64,000 nucleotides of DNA from an uncultured Acidimicrobiia bacterium. GTDB taxonomy: Bacteria > Actinomycetota > Acidimicrobiia > Acidimicrobiales > AC-14. How positions within the stretch are numbered: position 1 is the stretch's first letter; every line of letters begins with the position of its first letter. Positions 38,260 to 48,381 of the stretch are shown here, piece by piece. The stretch covers positions 160,001 through 224,000 of the forward strand of contig CAWIIV010000017.1 in NCBI GenBank assembly GCA_963836205.1, in the 5' to 3' direction. The translations under genes and the position numbers were made by a program. Under the pieces are notes generated by a model that worked only from the letters and a program-made list of their open reading frames with translations, did no database searches and was not told the DNA's origin.

Positions 38260-39261
38260 TCAGGCAAGGGGCTGGATCAGGGTCCGGGCCACGCTCCGCA
38301 GCCGCTCCAGCACCGACGGATTGCGCGTCGCCGGCACCGGTAGGTCACGGGCAGCGGTGAGCACCTGGTCGAGGGGCGCGTCGCTGACCACCGTGTACAC
38401 CGTCGGACCGGCCTGCCACAGCACCACCTGGCCCCCGGGCCAGGCGTAGCGCCAGCCGGCCGCCTTCCCCACCGGCACCGGGCCCCCCTCCTCGCCCAGC
38501 TCCTGGCGGTCGAGCGCGCCCCGCCGCTGGAACACCGACAGCTCGTAGATCCCGTCGCTGTAGAGCACCTGGACGACACCGTCCCGCTTGTAGACGCCGA
38601 CCCGCGTGTAGCCGTCGGCCAGCCGGGCGGGAGCTAGGTCGGCCGACGACAGGCTGGCCGGCGCCACCGCCTCGGGGGCCTGGTTGTCCGACTTGGCCGG
38701 CGACGGCGGGGGCGCGGTGGCGGGGTCGATCACCAGCGTGGTGAAGCCGACGACCCGGGCCACGGTGCCGTCGGGAGCGAACTGGCGGCGCTCGAGGAGC
38801 AGGTCGGTGGCCGAGTCGAGGAAGACCTTCTCCCGCAGGACCGACTGCTGGCGGACGTCGACCACGATCGTGGCTCGGCCGGCAACCGGCGGCCCGTCCT
38901 CCTCGACAGTCTGGTACTTGAGGGCGGGATCGGGTCCGTCGACGCGGTCGAGGGCCGGGGGCCACAGCAGGTTCCAGCCACCGTCCTCGTGCTGCACCAG
39001 CCGCTCCGACGTGGCCGAGACCATCACCTGGTTGCCGCCCCGCAGCAGCAGCGACCCGGCGGCGGACTGCACCGTGACCTGCTCGTGGTGCTCGGTGCCA
39101 CCGTCGAGCCAGCGGACCTCGACCGTCCCCGTGAACGAGACCCGGGCCGCCGCCTCCCGGGCCCGGTCGAAGGGGTCGTCGACCGCGCCGGCCGCACCCG
39201 CCGTGGAGGCGACGGACGTGGCCAGGAGGCCGGCCACCAGGCCGGCGACCAGCACCTTCAC
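38260..39261 (-). CDS. MucB/RseB-like secreted protein
   Basis: Signal peptide; SFTGTV, VAGRAT..V, LDSATDLLLERRQF, LYSDGIYELSVFQ (RseB C-terminal motif). Confidence 0.75.
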   Translation of the reverse strand: MKVLVAGLVAGLLATSVASTAGAAGAVDDPFDRAREAAARVSFTGTVEVRWLDGGTEHHEQVTVQSAAGSLLLRGGNQVMVSATSERLVQHEDGGWNLLWPPALDRVDGPDPALKYQTVEEDGPPVAGRATIVVDVRQQSVLREKVFLDSATDLLLERRQFAPDGTVARVVGFTTLVIDPATAPPPSPAKSDNQAPEAVAPASLSSADLAPARLADGYTRVGVYKRDGVVQVLYSDGIYELSVFQRRGALDRQELGEEGGPVPVGKAAGWRYAWPGGQVVLWQAGPTVYTVVSDAPLDQVLTAARDLPVPATRNPSVLERLRSVARTLIQPLA

Positions 39262-39695
39262 CGGCTGATGGTGACGGGGACGCCGGCGGGCGCCAGGTTG
39301 GTGACGGGGTCACCCTCGCCGACGGAGGTGGCGTGGGCCTCGATGAGGGTGGCGACCGACGGGTCGACCGGCGGCTGGGGGGCGGGCGCCACGCTCACCA
39401 GCACCGCGGCCACGGCGGCGGCCGCCCCCACGAAGGCCATGGCGATCCGCCGGCGCCCGGGCCGGTAGGGGACGAGCATGCGCTCGTAGAGGCCGAACGG
39501 GGGCTCGACCGGAGGCAGGGCCCGGAGCCAGAGCCGGGCCACCCGCACCATCTCCATCTCGTGCCGGCAGGCCATGCACGTCACCAGGTGGGCCTGGACC
39601 TCGGCCTCCTGGGCCGGCGACAGCTCACCGTCGAGGAGGGCGCTGAGCGAGTCGCCCGCGTGCTGCACGTCGCCCGACGAACCGGGGGCGGTCAC
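39258..39695 (-). CDS. Zinc-binding anti-sigma factor (ZAS, RseA-like)
   Basis: LSALLDGEL, HLVTCMAC, TM helix. Confidence 0.88.
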   Translation of the reverse strand: MTAPGSSGDVQHAGDSLSALLDGELSPAQEAEVQAHLVTCMACRHEMEMVRVARLWLRALPPVEPPFGLYERMLVPYRPGRRRIAMAFVGAAAAVAAVLVSVAPAPQPPVDPSVATLIEAHATSVGEGDPVTNLAPAGVPVTISR

Positions 39696-40192
39696 GCCAG
39701 GACCTCCCGGAGCATGGCCCGGCCCCGGTGGATGCGGCTGCGGACGGTGCCCACGGGCACGTCGAGGGCGGCCGCGATCTCCTGGTAGGGCAGCCCGACC
39801 ACGTCGCAGAGCACCACCGCGGCCCGGTAGTCGGCGGGCAGGCCCCGGAGGGCGGACTGCACGTCGTCGGGAAGGGCGCCGCCGGCCAGTACCTCGTCGG
39901 CAGCCATGGAGGGCGGCAGGGCGCGGTCGGGGTTCTCGGGGAGGGGGTCGACCGGGCGGCGTCGGCGCCGGCGGACCTCGTCGAGGAACGTGTTGGTGGT
40001 GATGCGGCTCAGCCAGCCTTCCAGGGATCCCGGCCGGTAGGTCTCGAGGCCCTTGCGGACCCGGAGGAGGACCTCCTGCACGAGATCTTGCGCGTCGTCG
40101 TCGTCACCGGTGAGGCGGTAGGCCACCGTGTAGAGGAAGCGACCGTGGTCGCGTGCGACGTCCTCCCACGAGGGAACCTTTCCATCTGTCAT
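39692..40192 (-). CDS. sigE: ECF sigma factor SigE-like
   Basis: PSWEDV, AYRLTG, PGSLEGWLSRITTN, GTVRSRIHRGR. Confidence 0.85.
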   Translation of the reverse strand: MTDGKVPSWEDVARDHGRFLYTVAYRLTGDDDDAQDLVQEVLLRVRKGLETYRPGSLEGWLSRITTNTFLDEVRRRRRRPVDPLPENPDRALPPSMAADEVLAGGALPDDVQSALRGLPADYRAAVVLCDVVGLPYQEIAAALDVPVGTVRSRIHRGRAMLREVLA

Positions 40193-40196
40193 CGAG

Positions 40197-40222
40197 AACG
40201 ACGGCCGCAGCCGCCGGGTTCC
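40197..40222 (-). promoter_or_regulatory. ECF (SigE/SigH-type) promoter of sigE
   Basis: GGAAC-N17-CGTT four nt before the sigE ATG. Confidence 0.7.
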
Positions 40223-40492
40223 CTACTCGGAGGGAGATTCCTTGCGGGCCTGGGCTTCCCGCTCCGAGAGCAGGGCGTCGAGCTCGGCCTGGGTCATGGT
40301 GACCTTGTCGGTCGGCTTGGGCCGGCTGTCCAACGCCTTGGCGTCGTCCTTGCCGCCGTCGCTCACGCCCTTCTTGAACTCCTGCGACGCCTCACCGATG
40401 GAACGGGCCAGCTTGGGCAGCTTGGTCGAACCGAAGAGCAGCAGCACGACGACCAAGACGATGATGAGCTCGAGCGGGCCAATGTTCGGCAT
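40223..40492 (-). CDS. tatA: Twin-arginine translocase TatA
   Basis: IGPLELII..LLFGSTKLPKLARSIGE..EFKKG. Confidence 0.9.
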   Translation of the reverse strand: MPNIGPLELIIVLVVVLLLFGSTKLPKLARSIGEASQEFKKGVSDGGKDDAKALDSRPKPTDKVTMTQAELDALLSEREAQARKESPSE

Positions 40493-40497
40493 AGACC

Positions 40498-41490
40498 TCA
40501 GAGCGTACAGGCCAGGGCCAGGATTTCGAGGCCGTCGTCGGCAGGCACCGAGAACGGCATCGCGCCCGGGGCGACCACGACGGTGGACACGTCCAGGCCG
40601 GCCCACCCTTGCAGTTGGGCTCGGACGTCATCCACCGTTCCCACCAGCCGGCCCCGGCGCCACTCGTCGAGGGTCGCGCCGCCGAGTCCGCCCGGCGTGG
40701 TCGCCCGCAGGCGCTCGAACCGGCGGGCGAGGTCGGCGCCGTCCTCCCCCACCAGGGCGTACAGGCCCACCGAGCGACTGACGGTGGCCGGGTCTCGCCC
40801 GGCCCGGTCGCAGGCGGCAACGAGCACGTCCAGCCGCTCCCCGTAGGCCTCGGGCGTCGCCACCCACGCCGTGTTCCAACCGTCGGCCTCGCGGGCCACG
40901 AGATCGAGCAGGCGGTCGCCCCGGCCGCCGACCCAGATCGGCGGACCGGGGGCCTGCACCGGCCGCGGCAGGCACATGGCCTCGACTGCGTGCTCGTAGC
41001 GGCCGTCGAAGGTGAACGGTCCGCCACCGAAGAGGCCCCGGGTGACGAGGATCGACTCCTCCAGGTGGCGCAGTCGCCCAGCCGGGTGGCGGAAGGGGAC
41101 GCCGGCCACCCGGAACTCGTCCTCGTTCCAGCCCGCGCCCAGGCCGACGGTGAGCCGTCCGCCGGAGAGGACGTCGATGGTGGCGAGCTGTTTGGCGGTG
41201 ACGGTGGCCGGCCGGAGCGGGGCGCAGAGGGTGAGGGTCCCCAGGCCGACCCGGTCGGTGACCCGGGCGAGGGCGCCGAGGGCGGGAAGGGGGTCGAAGC
41301 CGGGGTACCGGCCGGGCGGGCCGCCGTAGCGGGACCGGTCGACGAACAGGTGGTCGGACAGCCACAGGGAGTCGAAGCCCAGTTCCTCGGCCCGGCGGGC
41401 GGTGGCCTCGACGGTGGCCCACGGGACGCGGCCCGGCTCCGGCTCGGCAGAGAAGAAGTCGTACTGCGGCAGCGCCAGCCCGATCTCCAC
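40498..41490 (-). CDS. LLM-class (F420/flavin-dependent) oxidoreductase
   Basis: GFDSLWLSDHL, AKQLATIDVLSGGRL..GLGAGW, PIWVGG. Confidence 0.9.
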   Translation of the reverse strand: MEIGLALPQYDFFSAEPEPGRVPWATVEATARRAEELGFDSLWLSDHLFVDRSRYGGPPGRYPGFDPLPALGALARVTDRVGLGTLTLCAPLRPATVTAKQLATIDVLSGGRLTVGLGAGWNEDEFRVAGVPFRHPAGRLRHLEESILVTRGLFGGGPFTFDGRYEHAVEAMCLPRPVQAPGPPIWVGGRGDRLLDLVAREADGWNTAWVATPEAYGERLDVLVAACDRAGRDPATVSRSVGLYALVGEDGADLARRFERLRATTPGGLGGATLDEWRRGRLVGTVDDVRAQLQGWAGLDVSTVVVAPGAMPFSVPADDGLEILALACTL

Positions 41491-41513
41491 CGGGACAGTC
41501 TTGCTGTGCGAGC

Positions 41514-42326
41514 GTGGGGACCGTGCTCGAGTGCGTGGTCAACGTGAGCGAGGGACGGGACCGGGCGGTGATCGCGGCCTTGGCCGCGGCTGCCGGTGCC
41601 CGGTGCCTGCTCGACGTCCACACCGATGCCCACCACCACCGGTCGGTGTTGACGCTGGCGGGCGACGGGGTCGAAACCGCGGCCCGGGCGGTGGCGGCGG
41701 AGGCGGTGGCCCGGCTCGACCTGGGCCGGCACTCGGGCGTCCATCCCCGGCTGGGCGTGGTCGACGTGGTGCCGTTCGTCCCCCTCGGGCCGTCGACCCT
41801 GGCCGACGCCGTCGCCGCCCGAGACCGGTTCCTGGCCTGGGCGGCCGGCGGGCTGGACCTGCCCGGGTTCGCCTACGGGCCGCCGCCCGACCGGTCGTTG
41901 CCGGAGGTGCGGCGGGAGGCATTCACCACGTTGGCGCCGACGGCGGGGCCGCGCGTGCCTCATCCCACCGCGGGGGCGGTCTGCGTCGGCGCCCGGCCGG
42001 TGCTGGTGGCCTACAACGTGTGGCTGGCCGACGGGGTTGGCGTGGACGAGGCCCGGCGGGTGGCGGCGGCGGTGCGCCGGCCGGGGGTGGTGCGGGCACT
42101 CGGCCTCGACGTGGGCGGGCGGGCCCAGGTGTCGATGAACCTGGTGGACCCGCTGGCGGTGGGCCCGGGGGCCGCGTTCGACGCGGTGCGGGCGCTGGTG
42201 GCGGTGGACGGGGCCGAGCTGGTGGGGCTGGTGCCGGCGGCGGTGCTCGATGCGATCCCGCGCTCGCGGTGGGCGGAGCTCGACCTCGACCCGTCGCGCA
42301 CGATCGAGGAACGGCTCGGGCGGTGA
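41514..42326 (+). CDS. Glutamate formiminotransferase
   Basis: ECVVNVSEGRD, DAHHHRSV, HSGVHPRLGVVDVVPFVP, GARPVLVAYNV, QVSMNL. Confidence 0.9.
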   Translation: MGTVLECVVNVSEGRDRAVIAALAAAAGARCLLDVHTDAHHHRSVLTLAGDGVETAARAVAAEAVARLDLGRHSGVHPRLGVVDVVPFVPLGPSTLADAVAARDRFLAWAAGGLDLPGFAYGPPPDRSLPEVRREAFTTLAPTAGPRVPHPTAGAVCVGARPVLVAYNVWLADGVGVDEARRVAAAVRRPGVVRALGLDVGGRAQVSMNLVDPLAVGPGAAFDAVRALVAVDGAELVGLVPAAVLDAIPRSRWAELDLDPSRTIEERLGR

Positions 42327-42387
42327 ACCTGGCGACACCGGGCACGGTCGTGGATGTGCCCGGTGTCGCCAGAGACCAGAGGCCGAG

Positions 42388-42678
42388 TCAGGCGGTGGCG
42401 GCCGAATCCCGGCTGGCGACGGTGCGCTCCCGGCGGATGCGACGTCGTTCGCGCTCGCTGAGCCCGCCCCAGATGCCGAACTTCTCGCCGTTGATCAGGG
42501 CGTACTCCAGGCATTCCGAGCGCACGACGCAGCCTCGGCACACCGCCTTGGCCTCCCTGGTCGAGGCCCCCCGCTCGGGGAAGAACAGGTCGGGGTCGAC
42601 CCCCAGGCAGTTGGCCTGCCACTGCCATGTTCGGTCCCCGAAGTCGAACCTGTGTCCTCGTCGTTGCTCCACGGCCAC
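42388..42678 (-). CDS. whiB: WhiB2/WhmD-type regulator (start uncertain)
   Basis: WQWQANCLGVDPDLFFPERGASTREAKAVC..GIWGGLSERERRR. Confidence 0.9.
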   Translation of the reverse strand: MAVEQRRGHRFDFGDRTWQWQANCLGVDPDLFFPERGASTREAKAVCRGCVVRSECLEYALINGEKFGIWGGLSERERRRIRRERTVASRDSAATA

Positions 42679-42765
42679 TCCCCTCACGTCCCCTTTGGTG
42701 CCGCCCTTTGACGTGGTTGTAATTACACCGATGTGATCTTGCTCCAAACGTCAGTGGTGGCGCAA

Positions 42766-43265
<500 letters not shown>

Positions 43266-43293
<28 letters not shown>

Positions 43294-43550
43294 CGGTCGG
43301 CGTCAGGAGTCGCCGGAGCCTTTCGCCGACGGACGAGGCGTTCGGGATGGCGCCGGTCGTCCTCGATCCGCTCGACAAGTGCCCGATTGGCCAAGAACCT
43401 CGCCTCCAGCTCTGACATCACCACGGCCGGCGTGAGGACAATTGTTCCGTCTGGTTGCTCGATGGCGAGATAGCGCCGGTGCTCCGGGCGGCCCAGCTTC
43501 CCGAGGCTGACCCGCCGCCGGGCATCGAGCTTGATGAGGATTTCGTCCGT
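43266..43550 (-). pseudogene. AbrB/MazE-type antitoxin-like ORF lacking a canonical start (ACG)
   Basis: Hand translation (T)DEILIKLDARRRVSLGKLGRPEHRRYLAIEQPDGTIVLTPAVVMSELEARFLAN..; TACTGT -10 at 43561-43566. Confidence 0.6.
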
Positions 43551-43584
43551 ATCGGTCTCGACAGTACGGCGTCGATTCGGCTGA

Positions 43585-45617
43585 TCAGGCGGTGCGGCCC
43601 CGACCCCGGGTGCCCCGCAGGGCTCGCTTCTGGTCGAGGAAGTCGACCAGGACGTAGCTGCCGAGGTTTTCGGGGGTGGTGAAGAAGATGCGGCCGCGGT
43701 TGAGCTTGGCCATGCGCTCGACGAAGGCTTGGAGGTCGGGGGTGGCGTCGAGCATGAACGTGTTGATGCGGATGTTCTCGGCCGTGCAGCGGGCCACCTC
43801 GGCCAGCGTCGCCCGCAGCGTCTCCGGCGCCGGCGGGTAGGAGAAGAACGGCTCTCCCCCAGGGAGGATGTGGGCCGTCGGCTCGCCGTCGGTGATCATC
43901 AGCACCTGGCGGGTGCCGGGCTGGCGGGACAGCATCTGCCGGGCCAACAACAACGCGTGCTGGATGTTGGTGCCGAAGTTGAAGTCCCACGACACCCGGG
44001 GCAGCTCGGCCGGGCGCAGGGTACGGGCCACCTCGCCGAACACGACCAGCCCCAGGAAGTCCCGCGGGTACTGGGTCGAGATGAGTGAGTGGAGGGCGAC
44101 GGCGACCTTCTTGGCGGCCAGGAAGTTGTCCTTCATGGGCATCGACAGGGATAGGTCCAGCAGGAGGACCGTGCTCGACCGGGTGAGCGTCTCCGTGCGC
44201 TCGACCTCGAAGTCGTCCGGCTCCAACGCCACCGGGGTGCCCGACCCGCCCCGGGTGACGGCGTTGCGCAGGGTGCGCTGGATGTCGAGGTTGAAGGGGT
44301 CGCCCCACTCGTAGGGCTTGGTGGAGTAGCTCCGCTCGTGCCCGGGGCCTTCCCGTTCCACCTGGTGCCGGCCCACCCGGTCCTTCTCCAGCCCCTGGAA
44401 CAGGTCGCCCAGGGCGTTGCGCCCGATGGCCCGCAGGCCCCGGGGCGTCAGCTCCAGCCGGCCCTCCCGGTTCTCGATCAACCCGGCCTCCGTCAGCAGG
44501 CGGGCCAGCTCGGCCAGGCGCTCCAGGCTGCGAGCGCCGTCGTCGCCCAGGAGGTCGCGGGCCACGTCGAAGTCGACCTCGGCCAGGGCGCCGGGCGACG
44601 GGGCCGACGACAGCAGGTGCTCCAGCTGGTCGAGGTTGCCCAGCCGCTCCATGAGGTCGACCGCCTCGCCCATGCCCAGGGGGTCGCGGCCCCGGGTCTG
44701 GAACCGCCGCTCCCACCCCTCGCCCGGGAAGGCGCCCTGGAGGTGCTGCTGGAGGCGGTCGACCTGCCAGCGCAGGTCCATGTCGTCGAGGAGCTGGGCC
44801 GACAGGGCCGACAGCTGGGCTCGCTGCTCGGGCGACAGCGAGTTGAGGAAGGCCTGCATGGCCGCCATCCGCCGGGCCATCGACTCCAGCAGCTCGTCGA
44901 GCGTCTGCGGGTTCTCAGGGAACATGTCGCCGTACCGGGCCATGAAGCCCTCGAAGTCGGGCTCCTCTCCCTTTCCTGCCATGAATTGGGCCCGCTCGTC
45001 GAGCATCGCGTTCAGGGCCGACAGCATGTCCTTGAACCGGGCCATCTCCTCCGGCGTGGTGCTCTCCATGGCCCCGCCATCGACTGGAACTGGCTGTCGA
45101 GGAGCTGGCGGCGGAGCTCGTCCATCAGCTTCTGGAAGGCCTGGGCCGCGGCCGGCGAGACGAAGTCGTACGCCTCCAGCGCCTTGACCTGTCCGGCCAG
45201 GTCGGGAGGCAGGAGGTCGAGCTGCATGCGCCGGTCGGCCATGGCCTGGCCCGTGACGTCCTGGCGGCGGGGGTCGCCCGACTCCCGGGCCTGGCGGTCG
45301 AGGTCGTCGACGGCGGCCCGCTCCGCCTCCACCACGTCACGGAGCGCCTTGGCGATGTCGTCGTAGACGCCGCCCAGGTCGTGCTTGGCCAGCTCCTCCT
45401 TCCGCCGCTGGCGGAGGCGCTCGATCAGCTCCCGCAGGCCGGCCAGGCGGTTGCCGTCGGCGTCGCGCACCCCGTCCTGAAGGAGGCGGCGGAGGGCAGC
45501 GTCGAGCTCGCCGTGGTAGAGGAGATCGTCGGTGAGCTCTGCCAAGAGGGTGTCGGCGTCGAGCTCGAAGCCCTGCTGGGTGCCGTCCCACCGGGAGTAG
45601 CGGAACGAGCCGGGCAT
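43585..45617 (-). CDS. VWA-domain protein, split by a 1-nt frameshift at a G-run near 45072
   Basis: FRYSRWDGTQ N-terminus (45012..45617) continues in 43585..45069 with DLSLSM MIDAS and ITDGEPT. Confidence 0.85.
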
Positions 45618-45620
45618 CGG

Positions 45621-47021
45621 TTACCGGCCCCGGTAGGCGGCCCGGGCGCCGGCGGCGTCCTTGTTCAACCGGCGGGACAGGTGCAGCCCTTCCAACACCA
45701 GCTCGACCGCGGCGGCCATCGCCCCGGGAGACTCGGAGCCGGCCAGGGGCAGCGCCGCCGCCCGCAGCGCCGGGAGCTGCGACAACGCCTCCACGTAGGT
45801 GGACGACGCCACGTCGTCGCCGGTGTGGAAGATCGTGCCCCCGTCGAACTCGGCCAGCAGCGGCCGGAGGCTCTCAGCCAGGACATGGGCCTTGAACACC
45901 GAGAGCACCGCCGCCTTCACCAGACGGTCGAGGACCTCCTCGTCGCCCCCATCGTCGAGCGTCTCCACCTCGACCTTGCCCACGGTCGACGCCGGCACCG
46001 CCTCCAGGTCGCATACGCGGGGCACCGCCTCCGACTCGCCCAGCCGCAGCGCCCGGCGGGTGGCGTTGGCCACGACCGTCTCGTAGTTGGCGATCGTGAG
46101 CCGGACGGACACGCCCGAGCGCTGGTTGACGTGGGGACTGCGGCGGGCGCCGTGGCTGATGGCGGCCACGATCTCGGCCATGTGGCCCGGCACCTCCACC
46201 CGGACGCCGTCGACCTCGAGCGGCCGGGCCTCCTGGGCCACCACCGCCAGCTCGGTGTCGGCGTCGAGGGGGTAGTGGGTGCGGATCTGCGACCCGAAGC
46301 GGTCCTTGAGCGGGGTGATGATACGGCCCCGGTTGGTGTAGTCCTCGGGGTTGGCGGAGGCGACGAGGAGGATGTCGAGGGGCAGGCGGATGCGGTAGCC
46401 CCGCACCTGCACGTCGCGCTCCTCCAGCACGTTGAGCAGGCCCACCTGGATGCGCTCGGCCAGGTCGGGCAGCTCGTTGATGGCGAACATGCCCCGGTTG
46501 GTGCGGGGGACGAGGCCGTAGTGGAGGGTGAGCTCGTCGGACAGGTAGCGGCCCTCGGCCACCTTGATGGGGTCGACCTCGCCGATGAGGTCGGCGATCG
46601 ACGTGTCGGGCGTGGCCAGCTTCTCGCCGAAGCGGTCGGACCGGTGGACCCATTCGATCGGAGTGTCGTCGTCCTTGTCCCGGACCAGCTCCCTCGCGTG
46701 GCGGGAGACGGGCCCGTACGGATCGTCGTTGATCTCCGACCCGGCCACGATCGGCATCCACTCGTCGAGCAGGTCGGTGAGCGAACGGATGATGCGGGTC
46801 TTGGCCTGGCCCCGCTCCCCCAGGAAGACGATGTCGTGCCCCGCCAGCAGGGCGTTCTCGAGCTGCGGGAGGACGGTGTCGTCGAAGCCGAGCACCCCTT
46901 CCACCATGCGCTGGCCGGCCGCGATCCGGCGGGCGGCGTTGGCCCTGACCTCGTCCTTGACGGTGCGGGACTGCCAGCCTGACTGGCGGAGCTGGCCGAG
47001 GGTGGCCGGGCGCGTCGACAT
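45621..47021 (-). CDS. AAA+ ATPase (Mg-chelatase/MoxR-like), partner of the VWA protein
   Basis: GERGQAKT, INELPDL, ANPEDYTNRGRIITPLKDRFG. Confidence 0.9.
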   Translation of the reverse strand: MSTRPATLGQLRQSGWQSRTVKDEVRANAARRIAAGQRMVEGVLGFDDTVLPQLENALLAGHDIVFLGERGQAKTRIIRSLTDLLDEWMPIVAGSEINDDPYGPVSRHARELVRDKDDDTPIEWVHRSDRFGEKLATPDTSIADLIGEVDPIKVAEGRYLSDELTLHYGLVPRTNRGMFAINELPDLAERIQVGLLNVLEERDVQVRGYRIRLPLDILLVASANPEDYTNRGRIITPLKDRFGSQIRTHYPLDADTELAVVAQEARPLEVDGVRVEVPGHMAEIVAAISHGARRSPHVNQRSGVSVRLTIANYETVVANATRRALRLGESEAVPRVCDLEAVPASTVGKVEVETLDDGGDEEVLDRLVKAAVLSVFKAHVLAESLRPLLAEFDGGTIFHTGDDVASSTYVEALSQLPALRAAALPLAGSESPGAMAAAVELVLEGLHLSRRLNKDAAGARAAYRGR

Positions 47022-47047
47022 CGCCGGTCCAACGTAACCTTCCGGCC

Positions 47048-47800
47048 GTGAGACGGGGATTCATCTACGCGCTGACCCTCGTCACCGGCGCGGTCCTGGC
47101 CGTCAGCGCGGCCCGCTTCGTCGCCTCCCGGGGCGGGGACGACGTGGTGGCCGACACCAGGGTCCCCGTGACCCGCATCCTCCCCGCGGCCGGCCAGTCG
47201 TTCGTCACCGGCGAGATCGACTTCCTCTCCGCGGACGACGCCCAGACCACGCCCATCCCCGTCCCCTTCACCCTCACGTCCGTCGACCGGGGCATCGGCA
47301 AGGGAACCATCGAGAACGCGCTCGTCGACGGCAAGCGCACCACCATCTTCTGGGGCGGCGGGACCCCGCTGCCCCTGAGCGGCGAGGGCGGTGGGGTCGA
47401 CGTCAACGGCGCGGTGGTGGAGGTGGGGCCGGCGGGCGTGACGTGGACGATCTCGGGGGGCCGCAAGCTCCTACCCGGCTCCTATTTCGCCGGGGCGCCG
47501 GTGGCCGTCGGCATCACCGGCCTGGGCGTGCCCCGCGACTCGGTGTCGTTCACCGCCGACGACCGCACCGTCCTCAACACGACCGCCGGGGTGGCCGTGA
47601 TCCTCGACCCGCAACGGCTGGAGGTCACCGGCCCGGGACGGGTGTCGGCGCGAGGCAGGCTCACCATCACCGACACGTCCGGCACCCGCACCGCCTCCGC
47701 CATCGACTTCGCCGCCGGCCCCTACCGGGTGCTCGTCACCCCCCAAGGCGCCAAGATCGTCCTCGACGCGACCCTCCAAGGGCCACTCACCGCGACCTAG
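47048..47800 (+). CDS. Secreted/membrane-anchored hypothetical protein
   Basis: N-terminal TM, beta-rich; TAACCT -10 seven nt before GTG. Confidence 0.7.
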   Translation: MRRGFIYALTLVTGAVLAVSAARFVASRGGDDVVADTRVPVTRILPAAGQSFVTGEIDFLSADDAQTTPIPVPFTLTSVDRGIGKGTIENALVDGKRTTIFWGGGTPLPLSGEGGGVDVNGAVVEVGPAGVTWTISGGRKLLPGSYFAGAPVAVGITGLGVPRDSVSFTADDRTVLNTTAGVAVILDPQRLEVTGPGRVSARGRLTITDTSGTRTASAIDFAAGPYRVLVTPQGAKIVLDATLQGPLTAT

Positions 47801-48064
47801 GCGACGCGTCTAGTGAGTGATGACTTGGGCTCTCCCGGCCAGACGATGTCCGTCACCTCGGCCCGAGCCCTCTGGACGTTGTAGCACCACCTGCCGAACT
47901 TCCCGGGGACTGGCTCGCCTAGACCGGTGTCTATCGTCGATCGGGTCGAGCACCCAGTCGAAGAGCTGGAGACATTGAGCGCGCGACGGCCGGAACACGC
48001 GCATCCAGTCCTCCCGTTGGGCGTCCCACAGCACCGCCAGACTGGATACACGGCGTCGAGACGA

Positions 48065-48271
48065 CTACTGCGAGGGAGGGATTTCCTCGGCGAGTCGCCT
48101 ACGGACGGCCTCGACCTTCCGGTGAAACTCCGGGTCCTGGAGTCGGCTGGCGAACGTTCGCTCGAGCGGCTCGCAGGCCGCGGCGGACATCGGGTGGCAG
48201 TTCGGGCGTGCGGTGGCGGCGGGTTCGTCGTGACGGGAAGGTTCAGCCGAAGGATCCACACTGCTGCTCAT
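48065..48271 (-). CDS. Small hypothetical protein, possible antitoxin
   Basis: GAGGAGG RBS before ATG 48271; LQDPEFHRKVEAVRRRL helix. Confidence 0.4.
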   Translation of the reverse strand: MSSSVDPSAEPSRHDEPAATARPNCHPMSAAACEPLERTFASRLQDPEFHRKVEAVRRRLAEEIPPSQ

Positions 48272-48381
48272 CAGGTCCTCCTCGTACCGACGTCGACTCG
48301 AACTACATGATATACGCCGACAAGCGTCCACGTGGACCGGCCGGAACGGGGGCCGGGCCGGCAGGTGGGAGTATCAGAGGC

